DNA of 64,000 nucleotides, taken from the NCBI GenBank assembly GCA_017559955.1, contig JAFYPQ010000006.1, positions 1,362 to 65,361 of the forward strand, given 5' to 3'. A model generated the notes under the pieces. The model was not told the origin of the DNA and ran no database searches. It saw only the letters and a list, made by a program, of their open reading frames with translations. Position numbers and translations under genes: made by a program. Shown piece by piece: positions 1 to 8,951 of this stretch (within the stretch, counting starts at the first letter, position 1; the number at the start of each line of letters is the position of its first letter). The stretch is from Bacteroidales bacterium (GTDB lineage: Bacteria; Bacteroidota; Bacteroidia; Bacteroidales; G3-4614).

Positions 1-747
1 TTGAGATGCAGGGAAGCAAACAGCCAAGAAGTAGTTGTACTCCTCATCGCCTTTATGATTTGGATTTTGTTTTGCCTTTTCCGCTCCAACAAGAGCGGCA
101 GCAGCAGTTCTGTGATGTCCGTCTGCAATATAAAGGTAGGGGATATTTGCAAAAATTTCTGTGATACGAGCAATGTCTTTTTCATCTTCTATCAACCAGA
201 AGTGGTGCCCGAAGCCATCGGGTGCAACAAAATCATACTCGGCTTTTCCGCTAACTGTTTTAGCAACAATTGCATCAAGTTCAGCTTCATCGGGATATGC
301 AAAAAATACAGGCTCAATATTTGCATTATTGATACGAACGTGTTTCATTCTATCCTCTTCTTTATCACGACGAGTTAATTCGTGTTTTTTAATAACACCG
401 CTTAGATAATCCTCAACATTGGCACAAACAACCAAACCATATTGAGTTCTGCCATCCATTGTTTGAGCATAAACGTAATAACACTCTTTTTCGTCTTGAA
501 CCAACCAACCATTGTTTTGCCATTTGTTGAAGTTTTCAACAGCTTTGTCGTAAACTTCAGGAGCATGCTCATCTGTTCCGGGAGCAAAATCAATTTCGGG
601 TTTTATAATGTGGTAAAGGGATTTCTCATTTCCTTCTGCCTCTTTTCTTGCTTCTTCCGAGTTTAGTACGTCATATGGGCGAGAAGCAACCTCTTCAACC
701 ATAATTTGAGGAGGTCTTATCCCTTTAAATGGTTTAATTTTAGCCAT
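1..747 (-). CDS. DUF1015 family protein (partial, runs off the window start)
   Basis: Not in the ORF track. ATG at 747 reads MAKIKPFKGIRPPQIMVEEVASRPYDVLNSEEARKEAEGNEKSLYHIIKPEIDF, a typical DUF1015 N-terminus (PYDV motif). Lies downstream of serC-serA as is common. Confidence 0.85.
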   Translation of the reverse strand, partial: MAKIKPFKGIRPPQIMVEEVASRPYDVLNSEEARKEAEGNEKSLYHIIKPEIDFAPGTDEHAPEVYDKAVENFNKWQNNGWLVQDEKECYYVYAQTMDGRTQYGLVVCANVEDYLSGVIKKHELTRRDKEEDRMKHVRINNANIEPVFFAYPDEAELDAIVAKTVSGKAEYDFVAPDGFGHHFWLIEDEKDIARITEIFANIPYLYIADGHHRTAAAALVGAEKAKQNPNHKGDEEYNYFLAVCFPASQ

Positions 748-776
748 GGTTTTATATGTATAAATTATAAACTTCA

Positions 777-806
777 AAAGAGGAAACCCTAATAGGTTAC
801 CTCTTT
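777..806 (-). terminator. Hairpin/intrinsic terminator between serA and the DUF1015 gene
   Basis: aaagaggaaacc / ggttacctcttt inverted repeat with 1 mismatch. Confidence 0.55.
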
Positions 807-827
807 AAGTTATTGTTTTTGTATATA

Positions 828-1748
828 TTATTTGTTAACACGAAATCTGTCGATACCATCTTTTAAATATCCAACAGATTGTTTTGCAGCAGCAATACCT
901 GCATTAATATTAGCCTCAGCTGTTTGAGCACCCATTTTTTTAGGAGTGAAGAAGCAACGATTTTCAAATTTGGCTTTGAACTCATCTGCTGCAACTGGAG
1001 CAATGTCCGATACATAACGGAAGTCTGCTCTCTCATCCATTAATTTAATCAACTCTTCTTCGTTGATAACCTCTTTACGAGCAGTGTTAATCAAAATAGC
1101 ACCTTTAGGCATTTGATTTAAAAGGGCATAGTTGATTGATTTTTTAGTCTCGTTTGTTGCAGGAATATGAAGAGAGATAAATTGACACTCTTTGTAAAGA
1201 GTATTAACATCTTTAACAGGAGTAACGCCTGCCTCAACCATAACCTCATCTGGGCAGTATGGATCAAAAGCCATAACCTCCATACCGAAACCTTTTGCAA
1301 TGCGTGCTACGTTACGACCAACTTGTCCGAATGCGTGGATACCGATTTTTTTACCAAGTAACTCAGTCCCTGAAGTTCCGTTAAACATATTACGAACCAT
1401 CATAACTGTCATACCAAACACAAGTTCGGCAACAGCATTTGAGTTTTGGCCTGGAGTATTCATTACACATACACCTTTTGCAGTAGCCGCATCAAGATCT
1501 ATGTTATCGTATCCAGCACCTGCACGAACAACAATTTTTAAATTCTCTGCTGCAGCAATAACCTCTGCATCTATAATGTCGCTACGAACAATAATGCCGT
1601 CAACATCTTTTACAGCTTCTAATAATTGGGCTTTTTCGGTATATTTTTCCAAAAGTGCAAGTTCAAGACCTGCTACTTCAATCTCTTTTTTAATTCCTTC
1701 AACAGCAACTGCTGCAAAGGGTTTATCGGTTGCAACTAATACTTTCAT
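828..1748 (-). CDS. serA: D-3-phosphoglycerate dehydrogenase, short type III form with catalytic Lys
   Basis: RAGAGYDNID, NTPGQNSNAVAE, INTAR motifs; TPKKMGAQT in place of TPHxGA; no ACT domain; next to serC. Confidence 0.85.
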   Translation of the reverse strand: MKVLVATDKPFAAVAVEGIKKEIEVAGLELALLEKYTEKAQLLEAVKDVDGIIVRSDIIDAEVIAAAENLKIVVRAGAGYDNIDLDAATAKGVCVMNTPGQNSNAVAELVFGMTVMMVRNMFNGTSGTELLGKKIGIHAFGQVGRNVARIAKGFGMEVMAFDPYCPDEVMVEAGVTPVKDVNTLYKECQFISLHIPATNETKKSINYALLNQMPKGAILINTARKEVINEEELIKLMDERADFRYVSDIAPVAADEFKAKFENRCFFTPKKMGAQTAEANINAGIAAAKQSVGYLKDGIDRFRVNK

Positions 1749-1830
1749 AATTATTTTTTATTAATTAAAGAAACTCACCCGAAGATTTTTAGAAGCTTCA
1801 AAGTGAGTTTCATTTAAATTTATCTATTTA

Positions 1831-2898
1831 TTAATATTTTTTCTCAAACTCTTTCATTGTGTCAATCAAAGCAGCAACGCTCTCTTTTGGCATAGCATTG
1901 TAGATTGATGCTCTGAAACCACCTACAGAACGGTGTCCTTTAATACCAATCATACCTTTTGATTTCGCAAACTCCACAAATTCACCTTCAAGTTCTTGAT
2001 ACTCTTCGTTCATCACGAAACATACGTTCATTATTGAACGGTCTTCAACAGCAGCAGTACCTTTGAACAAACGATTGCGGTCAATTTCATCGTAAAGCAT
2101 TGTCGCTTTCTCAACATTAATTTTCTCAAGAGCCGCAACACCACCTAATGATTTGTAGTATTTAAGAGTTTGCAATGCAGCAAAGATTGGCAAACATGGA
2201 GGAGTGTTAAACATTGAACCTTTTTTAATGTGAGTGCGATAGTCTAGCATAGTAGGAATAGCTCTATCAACTTTACCCAAAGCATCCTCTTTAACGATAG
2301 CCAAAGTTACACCTGCAGGAGCCAAGTTCTTTTGAGCACCAGCATAGATGATATCATATTTTGATATATCTATAGGTCGAGAGAAGATATCTGATGACAT
2401 GTCAGCAACTAAGCGAGCTTTTACATCGGGATCTTTTCTTATCTCGGTACCAAATATAGTGTTGTTTGATGTAAAGTGGAAATAATCTACATCGTCTGAA
2501 ATTTCGTAGTTTTTAGGAATGTAGTTAAAGTTAGCATCTTTTGATGAAGCAACAACTTCAACCTCACCAAACAATTTAGCCTCTTTGATGGCATTAACCG
2601 CCCAAGTACCAGTCTCTAAATAAGCAGCTTTAGTTTTTAGAAGGTTGAAAGGAACCATACAGAATTGCATACTTGCTCCACCACCAACTAATACCACTTC
2701 ATATCCTGCTGGAACGTCAAGAAGTTCTTTGATTAATGCTTGAGTTTCGTCCATAACTGCTACGAACTCTTTTGAACGGTGCGATACCTCCAATAGTGAA
2801 AGACCTGTACCTGCAAAATCGATAACAGCATCAGCTGTATTTTTAATAGTGTAAGGGCTCAAAATTGAGGGACCTGCATAAAAGTTGTGCTTCTTCAT
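1831..2898 (-). CDS. serC: Phosphoserine aminotransferase
   Basis: [31 protein letters not shown] (PLP Lys), [16 protein letters not shown]. Confidence 0.97.
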   Translation of the reverse strand: MKKHNFYAGPSILSPYTIKNTADAVIDFAGTGLSLLEVSHRSKEFVAVMDETQALIKELLDVPAGYEVVLVGGGASMQFCMVPFNLLKTKAAYLETGTWAVNAIKEAKLFGEVEVVASSKDANFNYIPKNYEISDDVDYFHFTSNNTIFGTEIRKDPDVKARLVADMSSDIFSRPIDISKYDIIYAGAQKNLAPAGVTLAIVKEDALGKVDRAIPTMLDYRTHIKKGSMFNTPPCLPIFAALQTLKYYKSLGGVAALEKINVEKATMLYDEIDRNRLFKGTAAVEDRSIMNVCFVMNEEYQELEGEFVEFAKSKGMIGIKGHRSVGGFRASIYNAMPKESVAALIDTMKEFEKKY

Positions 2899-3095
2899 AT
2901 TTTTTAATTTATATGTTTATAATTATTTGTTCTCTATTTTTTTAATATTGACCTTTTGTTTTTTAGGCACGACAAAATTAATACATATTTTTTGTTTAAC
3001 AAATAAAAAGCAAACAAAATGCAATTTAAAACTTGTTAATCTTTATCTTTTTGCTAATTACAATACATTAACTCTGTCAAACTGTTTTTAATATG

Positions 3096-4382
3096 CTATT
3101 TTTTTGAAAATTTATTACCCCATAAATACTCCATTCTCTCTCTCATTTTCTCCTCAGCAGCATTATTTTGCGGAGTCCATAACGATATACCATCTATTTT
3201 ATCGGGCAAAAATTGTTGTTTAACAAAATTATTTGCGTAGTCGTGGGCATATTTATATCCGCTTCCGTAGCCCGACTCTCTCATTAATTTTGTAGGGGCA
3301 TTGCGTAGATGTAGAGGAACAGGCAAATCTCCACTCTCTTCAATAAGAGCAAGAGCATCATTAATCGATTTATACGCCGAATTACTTTTTGGACTTGTCG
3401 CTAAATATATAGTAGCTTCAGCCAATATTATTCTACCTTCGGGCCACCCAATCTTTTCAAGAGAATCAAAACATGCGTTTGCAATTAATAGAGCATTAGG
3501 GTTAGCCAATCCAATATCTTCAGCAGCCGAAATAACCAATCGTCTAGCAATAAATTTTGGATCTTCACCACCTGCAACCATTCTGCCCAGCCAATAAATA
3601 GCAGCATCTGGATCGCTACCTCTAATAGATTTTATAAATGCCGATATTATATCATAATGCATTTCGCCACCCTTGTCGTAAGCAGCAGGGTTTTGTTGCA
3701 AACGTTCAGTAACAATATCATTATTAATAACAATATCCTCTTGGTTTTGATTACTCTGAGTAATTAAATCTATAATGTTTAATAGTTTGCGAGCATCGCC
3801 TCCGGAATATCTGAAAAGAGCGTCAGTCTCTTCAATCTTAAAGTTTAAATCTTTTAAATATATATCTTCAGTAATTGCTTTATTAAGTAATTCGTTAAGA
3901 TCACTCTCCTCTAATGGTTTAAGAGTATAAACCTGACATCGAGAGAGTAGGGGACGAATAACCTCAAATGAGGGGTTTTCGGTTGTTGCACCTATCAATG
4001 TAACAGTACCATTCTCAACAGCACCTAATAATGAATCTTGTTGCGATTTGCTGAAACGGTGTATCTCATCGATAAACAGAATAGGACGTGCTATCGATTG
4101 AAAAACACCCGCACTTTTACATTTATCAATAACATCCCTTACATCTTTAACGCCTGAGTGAATAGCACTTAATGTATAAAAGGGAACCTCTAATATCGTT
4201 GAGATTATTTTTGCGAGAGACGTTTTACCTACGCCCGGAGGTCCCCATAATATAAAAGAAGATATTCTTCCGCTCTCAATCATATTACGAAGAATAGCAC
4301 CTTTTGCAACTAGGTGCTTTTGTCCTATATATCCGTCAAAATTTACAGGACGTAATCTCTCTGCTAATGGTTGATGTATCAT
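3096..4382 (-). CDS. rarA: Replication-associated recombination protein A (RarA/MgsA AAA+ ATPase)
   Basis: PLAERLRP, Walker A GPPGVGKT, FIDEIHRF, GATTENPSF, SAFIKSIRGSDPDAA, VPLHLRNAPT, YKYAHDY. Confidence 0.95.
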   Translation of the reverse strand: MIHQPLAERLRPVNFDGYIGQKHLVAKGAILRNMIESGRISSFILWGPPGVGKTSLAKIISTILEVPFYTLSAIHSGVKDVRDVIDKCKSAGVFQSIARPILFIDEIHRFSKSQQDSLLGAVENGTVTLIGATTENPSFEVIRPLLSRCQVYTLKPLEESDLNELLNKAITEDIYLKDLNFKIEETDALFRYSGGDARKLLNIIDLITQSNQNQEDIVINNDIVTERLQQNPAAYDKGGEMHYDIISAFIKSIRGSDPDAAIYWLGRMVAGGEDPKFIARRLVISAAEDIGLANPNALLIANACFDSLEKIGWPEGRIILAEATIYLATSPKSNSAYKSINDALALIEESGDLPVPLHLRNAPTKLMRESGYGSGYKYAHDYANNFVKQQFLPDKIDGISLWTPQNNAAEEKMRERMEYLWGNKFSKK

Positions 4383-4534
4383 ATACTATATATTCTACCA
4401 TTGCGAAGATAATAAATTAATTACTGAGAGGGAAATAGATTATAAATAAAGTTAATTGTAATTTTTTTTATGCTTTTATTAAACCTTTGTTATAAAATAT
4501 AGTCATAAAGACAGAAACTTAAATTAAAACAGCT

Positions 4535-5158
4535 ATGAAACTTACAAAATTTAAATCAGTGTCAATATCATTAGTAGTAATGATGAGTATTTCTTCAGTA
4601 TCTTTTGCTCAAAACAGTAAAAAAATCTCAACAAAAGAGATGGCAGAGAAAAAAACAGAGATGATGAAACAGAGTTTGGATTTGACAAAAAATCAAGCAA
4701 AAAAAGTATATGAGATAAATCTAAACTATATTGAAGCTCGCAAGGCATGTATGGCAAAACGTCCCGCACTACCCAAAGATGGAAAACATTTTAAAGGAGC
4801 AGTTTGTCCTCCGGCACCCGAAGCTCCACATGCTTTCGAGTGTGAAAGACCAAAGCCTGAATTTAGGAATATTGCTCCTGACGGCAAACCCATGATGAAA
4901 CCCGATTGCAATAAACCTTGTCCACAAATGAAACCCGGTTGCGACAAACCAAAATGCGATTCTTCATTTATGCATGGTAAACCAAATTGTTCGAAAGGAG
5001 TTAAACCTAATTTTAAACACGATTCAATTACATGTAAATATCACAACGATTTAAAACAAGTTTTGAGAGCATCGCAATACGATAAATGGATGAAAATTCA
5101 ATGCGAAAGAATGAAAAATCATAATAATGGGCATAAACCAATGCCATGCCCTAGATAA
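4535..5158 (+). CDS. Secreted hypothetical protein (DUF4890-like ends) with Cys/Pro/Lys-rich insert
   Basis: Signal peptide ending SFAQ; TEMMKQSLDLTKNQAKKVYEINL and LKQVLRASQYDKW resemble DUF4890/LTXXQ-like helices; 11 Cys. Confidence 0.6.
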   Translation: MKLTKFKSVSISLVVMMSISSVSFAQNSKKISTKEMAEKKTEMMKQSLDLTKNQAKKVYEINLNYIEARKACMAKRPALPKDGKHFKGAVCPPAPEAPHAFECERPKPEFRNIAPDGKPMMKPDCNKPCPQMKPGCDKPKCDSSFMHGKPNCSKGVKPNFKHDSITCKYHNDLKQVLRASQYDKWMKIQCERMKNHNNGHKPMPCPR

Positions 5159-5167
5159 TAAATGGTA

Positions 5168-5211
5168 TAGTTAAAAGAAGGCTATTGGACCCAATAGCCT
5201 TCTTTTAACTA
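5168..5211. terminator. Bidirectional intrinsic terminator between convergent genes
   Basis: Perfect 21-bp inverted repeat tagttaaaagaaggctattgg / ccaatagccttcttttaacta. Confidence 0.9.
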
Positions 5212-5222
5212 ATATTATAATA

Positions 5223-5726
5223 TTATTTTTGAACATCAATATTGTAATATCCCATTACTTGAGCATTAATTAATGTTCCTTGTTCAATTACTGCATCACC
5301 ACCTTTTATTGCAAGACATGGAAGACCAATTATAGCGCCAAAACCTGTAAATGTAAGACCTAAGCCCAAGCCTAATGCTTTCCCTCTTTTATTTTTTCCT
5401 TCTGCTGTAACATTTCCATTAAGTTGTATTGCTTGTCCATCAACAGAGTTTACAGATATACAATTAATAGATACTTTGCCAGGTTTGCCAACACCTTTTT
5501 TAGATGTCTTTTCGATTTTCAAAATAACAGGTGTTCCTTTAGATATTAATATATCTCCTTGAAGACTTTTAACATCAGTTAGAACAGTTGCTGAGGCGCT
5601 ACCACCTTCACTACTACTAACTGCGTCATTTATCATAATGGGAATAATTTGTCCATTACCCAAAGGAACATTAGCATACGCACTTGCACAAAAAAGTACA
5701 CACAAAGCAATCATTAATTTCTTCAT
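5223..5726 (-). CDS. Exported hypothetical protein with glycine-rich hydrophobic hairpin
   Basis: Signal peptide MKKLMIALCVLFCASAYA; beta-rich core; ALGLGLGLTFTGFGAIIGLP segment. Confidence 0.65.
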   Translation of the reverse strand: MKKLMIALCVLFCASAYANVPLGNGQIIPIMINDAVSSSEGGSASATVLTDVKSLQGDILISKGTPVILKIEKTSKKGVGKPGKVSINCISVNSVDGQAIQLNGNVTAEGKNKRGKALGLGLGLTFTGFGAIIGLPCLAIKGGDAVIEQGTLINAQVMGYYNIDVQK

Positions 5727-5844
5727 AATTTCTAATATTTTAAATGGTTAATATTTTTTTACAAAATTATTGACTGCAATAATATTAATTTAATTTATGC
5801 GTATTATATAATTGCACATATTGTTGAAAAAGATTCACGCCTTC

Positions 5845-6045
5845 TTAAAGTTTGTCTGAGTAGTAAGCGAAGAAATTGTGTCCGAGAATTTTTGATATTT
5901 TAAAGAGTAGGGCAGAGTCAATACTCTCTCTCTTGAAGATATTATAGACATTGGTGCGTTCACAGCAAAGTTTACCAGCAAACCAGGTAACAGAGCGACC
6001 TTGTTTGTAGAACTCTTCTTCAATTATTTTACCTATGTGTACCAT
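5845..6045 (-). CDS. Small XRE-family helix-turn-helix regulator
   Basis: HIGKIIEEEFYKQGRSVTWFAGKLCCERTNVYNIFKRESIDSALLFKISKILGHNFF matches the common Bacteroidales small XRE pattern. Confidence 0.85.
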   Translation of the reverse strand: MVHIGKIIEEEFYKQGRSVTWFAGKLCCERTNVYNIFKRESIDSALLFKISKILGHNFFAYYSDKL

Positions 6046-6048
6046 AAT

Positions 6049-6221
6049 AAAAAAGGCGGAACCATTCGATACTTAAATTCTACCTGAGGTACCGCCAAGC
6101 ACCCTGCACACAAATAAGTACGAACAGTCCACGCCATACATAGGCTATGAACTATTAACACTTATTCTCGTATGCTTTCAATTTGGCGGTTTTCAAGTAG
6201 AGAGAATAAGAGCAAAAGCTC
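6049..6221 (-). ncRNA. Putative structured cis-regulatory leader RNA with alternative terminator (copy 1)
   Basis: Nested helices 6183-6200/6080-6098 and 6143-6166/6113-6135. Segment 6113-6135 can alternatively pair with 6055-6075, followed by U6 just before the XRE ATG. Confidence 0.7.
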
Positions 6222-6296
6222 AAACAAAAAATTGAGTATTTATATTCTTAATTTATCTATTTATTCTGTAATATATATTTAGAGTTTTATGTTATG

Positions 6297-6304
6297 CAAA
6301 AGTA
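6297..6304 (-). promoter_or_regulatory. Bacteroidota -7 promoter element for the structured leader/XRE transcript
   Basis: TACTTTTG matches TAnnTTTG; implies a 5' leader of about 245 nt. Confidence 0.6.
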
Positions 6305-6353
6305 ATAATAATTTTGTAATATTTTAATCTATATGATATTTATAGAGTGATAT

Positions 6354-6383
6354 AAAAAAGAGTTCGGCTTTTAACCGAACTCT
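6354..6383 (-). terminator. Intrinsic terminator of purA
   Basis: agagttcgg / ccgaactct stem followed by a U tract on the minus strand. Confidence 0.8.
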
Positions 6384-6408
6384 CCATAGTAATAATATGT
6401 ATTGAATA

Positions 6409-7671
6409 TTATTTTCTAACAATTGTTTGAGCTCTGTCAGGACCAACAGATACAATCTTGATAGGCACTTCCAACTCCTCTTCCAAGAATTTGATATAGT
6501 TTTTGAACTCAACCGGGAACTCATCTTCAGATTGCATTTTTGTCATATCGCAATTCCAACCTGGAAGTTCTTTGTAGATAGGTTCAATATCCTCTTCAAT
6601 TGAGAATGGGAATTCTGTAGTAATCTCACCGTTCATTTTGTATGCAACACAAGCTTTGATTGTTTTGAATGAGTCAAGCACGTCGCTCTTCATCATAATC
6701 AAATCTGTTACACCATCAATCATAATTGCATATTTCAAAGCAACAAGGTCAATCCAACCACAACGACGTTTACGTCCGGTTACTGCACCAAACTCGTTTC
6801 CGTTTTTGCAGATTGTTTCGCCAACTTCGTCGAACAACTCAGTAGGGAATGGTCCGCTTCCTACACGAGTACAATATGCTTTGAAGATACCATATACTTT
6901 ACCGATTTTTGTTGGAGCGATACCCATACCTGTACAAGCTCCTGCACATACAGTGTTAGATGAAGTTACAAATGGGTACGAACCGAAATCAACATCTAAT
7001 AAAGTTCCTTGAGCACCCTCTGCCAATACACTCTTACCATCTTTAAGAAGATTGTTTATTACATGTTCGCTGTCAATAAGTTTAAACTCTTTAAGATACT
7101 CCAATGCCTCAAAGAACTCTTTCTCCAAAGCATCAATATTGTACTCAAAGTTTAACGATTTAAGTATTTGGTCGTGTTTTGCTTTTGCTTTAGCATATTT
7201 TTGGTCGAAGTTTTCCAAAATATCTCCAACACGTAAACCATTACGACTTACTTTGTCGGTATATGTAGGACCGATACCTTTTCCTGTTGTGCCAATTTTA
7301 GCATCACCTTTTGCTGCCTCGTAAGCAGCATCCAACATACGGTGAGTAGGCATGATTAAGTGTGCCTTTTTTGAAATGTATAAACGTGATTTTAAATCGT
7401 GTCCGCTTTCTGCCAAAGCCTCAGCCTCTTGTTTGAATAGTATAGGGTCCAATACAACACCGTTCCCAATGATGTTTATTTTTCCTCCTTGGAAAATTCC
7501 CGAAGGGATTGAACGCAATACATATTTCTCTCCGTTAAAAACAAGTGTGTGGCCAGCATTAGGTCCGCCTTGGAAGCGGGTGATTACATTATACTCGGGG
7601 GTAAGAACGTCAACTACTTTGCCTTTACCTTCGTCGCCCCATTGCAATCCTAATAACACATCTACTTTCAT
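6409..7671 (-). CDS. purA: Adenylosuccinate synthetase
   Basis: GLQWGDEGKGK, RFQGGPNAGHT, GTTGKGIGPTY, EGAQG, YPFVTSS, TGRKRRCGW. Confidence 0.98.
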   Translation of the reverse strand: MKVDVLLGLQWGDEGKGKVVDVLTPEYNVITRFQGGPNAGHTLVFNGEKYVLRSIPSGIFQGGKINIIGNGVVLDPILFKQEAEALAESGHDLKSRLYISKKAHLIMPTHRMLDAAYEAAKGDAKIGTTGKGIGPTYTDKVSRNGLRVGDILENFDQKYAKAKAKHDQILKSLNFEYNIDALEKEFFEALEYLKEFKLIDSEHVINNLLKDGKSVLAEGAQGTLLDVDFGSYPFVTSSNTVCAGACTGMGIAPTKIGKVYGIFKAYCTRVGSGPFPTELFDEVGETICKNGNEFGAVTGRKRRCGWIDLVALKYAIMIDGVTDLIMMKSDVLDSFKTIKACVAYKMNGEITTEFPFSIEEDIEPIYKELPGWNCDMTKMQSEDEFPVEFKNYIKFLEEELEVPIKIVSVGPDRAQTIVRK

Positions 7672-7695
7672 ACCTGTAGCTATTTATTATTTTTA

Positions 7696-8214
7696 TTATT
7701 TAATGTTTTTCTTTTTATCCTCTAATTTTTCCTCTTTTGCAATCAATTTTGCCCTTAACGTCGCTTTGCGTTTAGCATTAACACACGAACTGCAAAGCCC
7801 ATATACGGCAATCGTACTATATGATGTTAAAAATTTACCATATTTCTTGCTGTTTACAAAGCTTATGGTATCGGCATCTTTTACATCTTTTGTTTTTCCG
7901 CATTTAGTACATATTAATCTGACGTAAATTTGAGACAGGGGTGTTTTCTCAAAATATTTTTTCCCCTCAATCTCATGCTCTCTTAAAATTTGAGCATCTA
8001 CTAAGATTGATAATGTATTATATACGGTTGCTCTGCTAATTCTTATTTTTTTGTTAAATACTTCATTAAGTACAAACTCAGCGTCAAACCTCTTTGATGT
8101 TTCACTAACCACATCAAGAACAAAATATCGTTCAGGGGTCTTTCTATGTTTGTTCTCTTCAAGATATTGATTAAACTTAATTCTTAAAGCCTCTTTGTTC
8201 TTTTCTTCAGACAT
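7696..8214 (-). CDS. Fur-family transcriptional regulator with degenerate His site
   Basis: RKTPER, ISRATVYNTL, two CxxC motifs (CTKC, CSSC); located upstream of purA. Confidence 0.8.
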   Translation of the reverse strand: MSEEKNKEALRIKFNQYLEENKHRKTPERYFVLDVVSETSKRFDAEFVLNEVFNKKIRISRATVYNTLSILVDAQILREHEIEGKKYFEKTPLSQIYVRLICTKCGKTKDVKDADTISFVNSKKYGKFLTSYSTIAVYGLCSSCVNAKRKATLRAKLIAKEEKLEDKKKNIK

Positions 8215-8376
8215 TGAATATAATTTAAATTTTTCTCAATTATGAATTGAACATACAACCTTACAAATTTACAATTTTTTTCTTTATCAAACAGAATTAT
8301 CGATACAAAAAAACTCCCTTATTCGTTATTTTTTGAATAAGAGAGTTTTTACGTTATATCAAAATTTATTTAACGA

Positions 8377-8928
8377 TTAATCTTCGGTGCGAAATATAAG
8401 GTCATTGGCTATATTTGCTATTGTTATATTATCTGATTTTGAATATTTTTTAGCATAGCTTTTCACCTTATCGGTTGTTGAAGACGTAATCTCTGTTTTG
8501 TTAATAAGCAACCTAATAAATAGCCTTAAAGCAAAATATATTTTATTCTCATCGTCCGATTCTATACAATCCATTATTAGATCTTCGGCAAAAGGAAGTT
8601 TTGAGAATAAAAACATAGTCGCTATATCTGAAACTTCGTAATATTTAATACCATTAATCCACTCCTTAGCTACACTGATATTCATATCTGAATATGGATA
8701 TATCATTGTTGCCAATAATTTAGACTCTCTGATATTTTCATTCCAAAGTGTAGTGGCAACTTCTTGGCTTTGCGGATATTTTTCTGCAATTGTGCGTATT
8801 TGGGGTAGGGCAAGTCCAAAAATTATTTTGTAGTCCATACCTTTGTTTCGCATACTTGTAGAAACAACACCATTCATTCCAAGCCTGAAATCGTTCTTTA
8901 TGCTTTTGATTATTTCTGTGTTGCTCAT
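8377..8928 (-). CDS. DNA alkylation repair enzyme family protein (AlkD-like HEAT repeat)
   Basis: MNGVVSTSMRNKGMDYKIIFGLALPQIR and LWNENIRESKLLATM patterns. Confidence 0.75.
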   Translation of the reverse strand: MSNTEIIKSIKNDFRLGMNGVVSTSMRNKGMDYKIIFGLALPQIRTIAEKYPQSQEVATTLWNENIRESKLLATMIYPYSDMNISVAKEWINGIKYYEVSDIATMFLFSKLPFAEDLIMDCIESDDENKIYFALRLFIRLLINKTEITSSTTDKVKSYAKKYSKSDNITIANIANDLIFRTED

Positions 8929-8951
8929 CCTTGCTTTTGATATATTAACTA

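Noticed and set aside
1-666. Plus-strand and short ORFs in the track (1-378, 161-409, 402-593, 442-666)
   Set aside because: They are shadows of the real minus-strand DUF1015 gene starting at 747.
6049-6221. Structured elements read as tRNA, CRISPR repeats or IS/MITE ends
   Set aside because: No T-loop/anticodon pattern, no repeat-spacer periodicity and no terminal inverted repeats with target duplication. Helices contain G-U pairs on one strand only, which favours a regulatory RNA.
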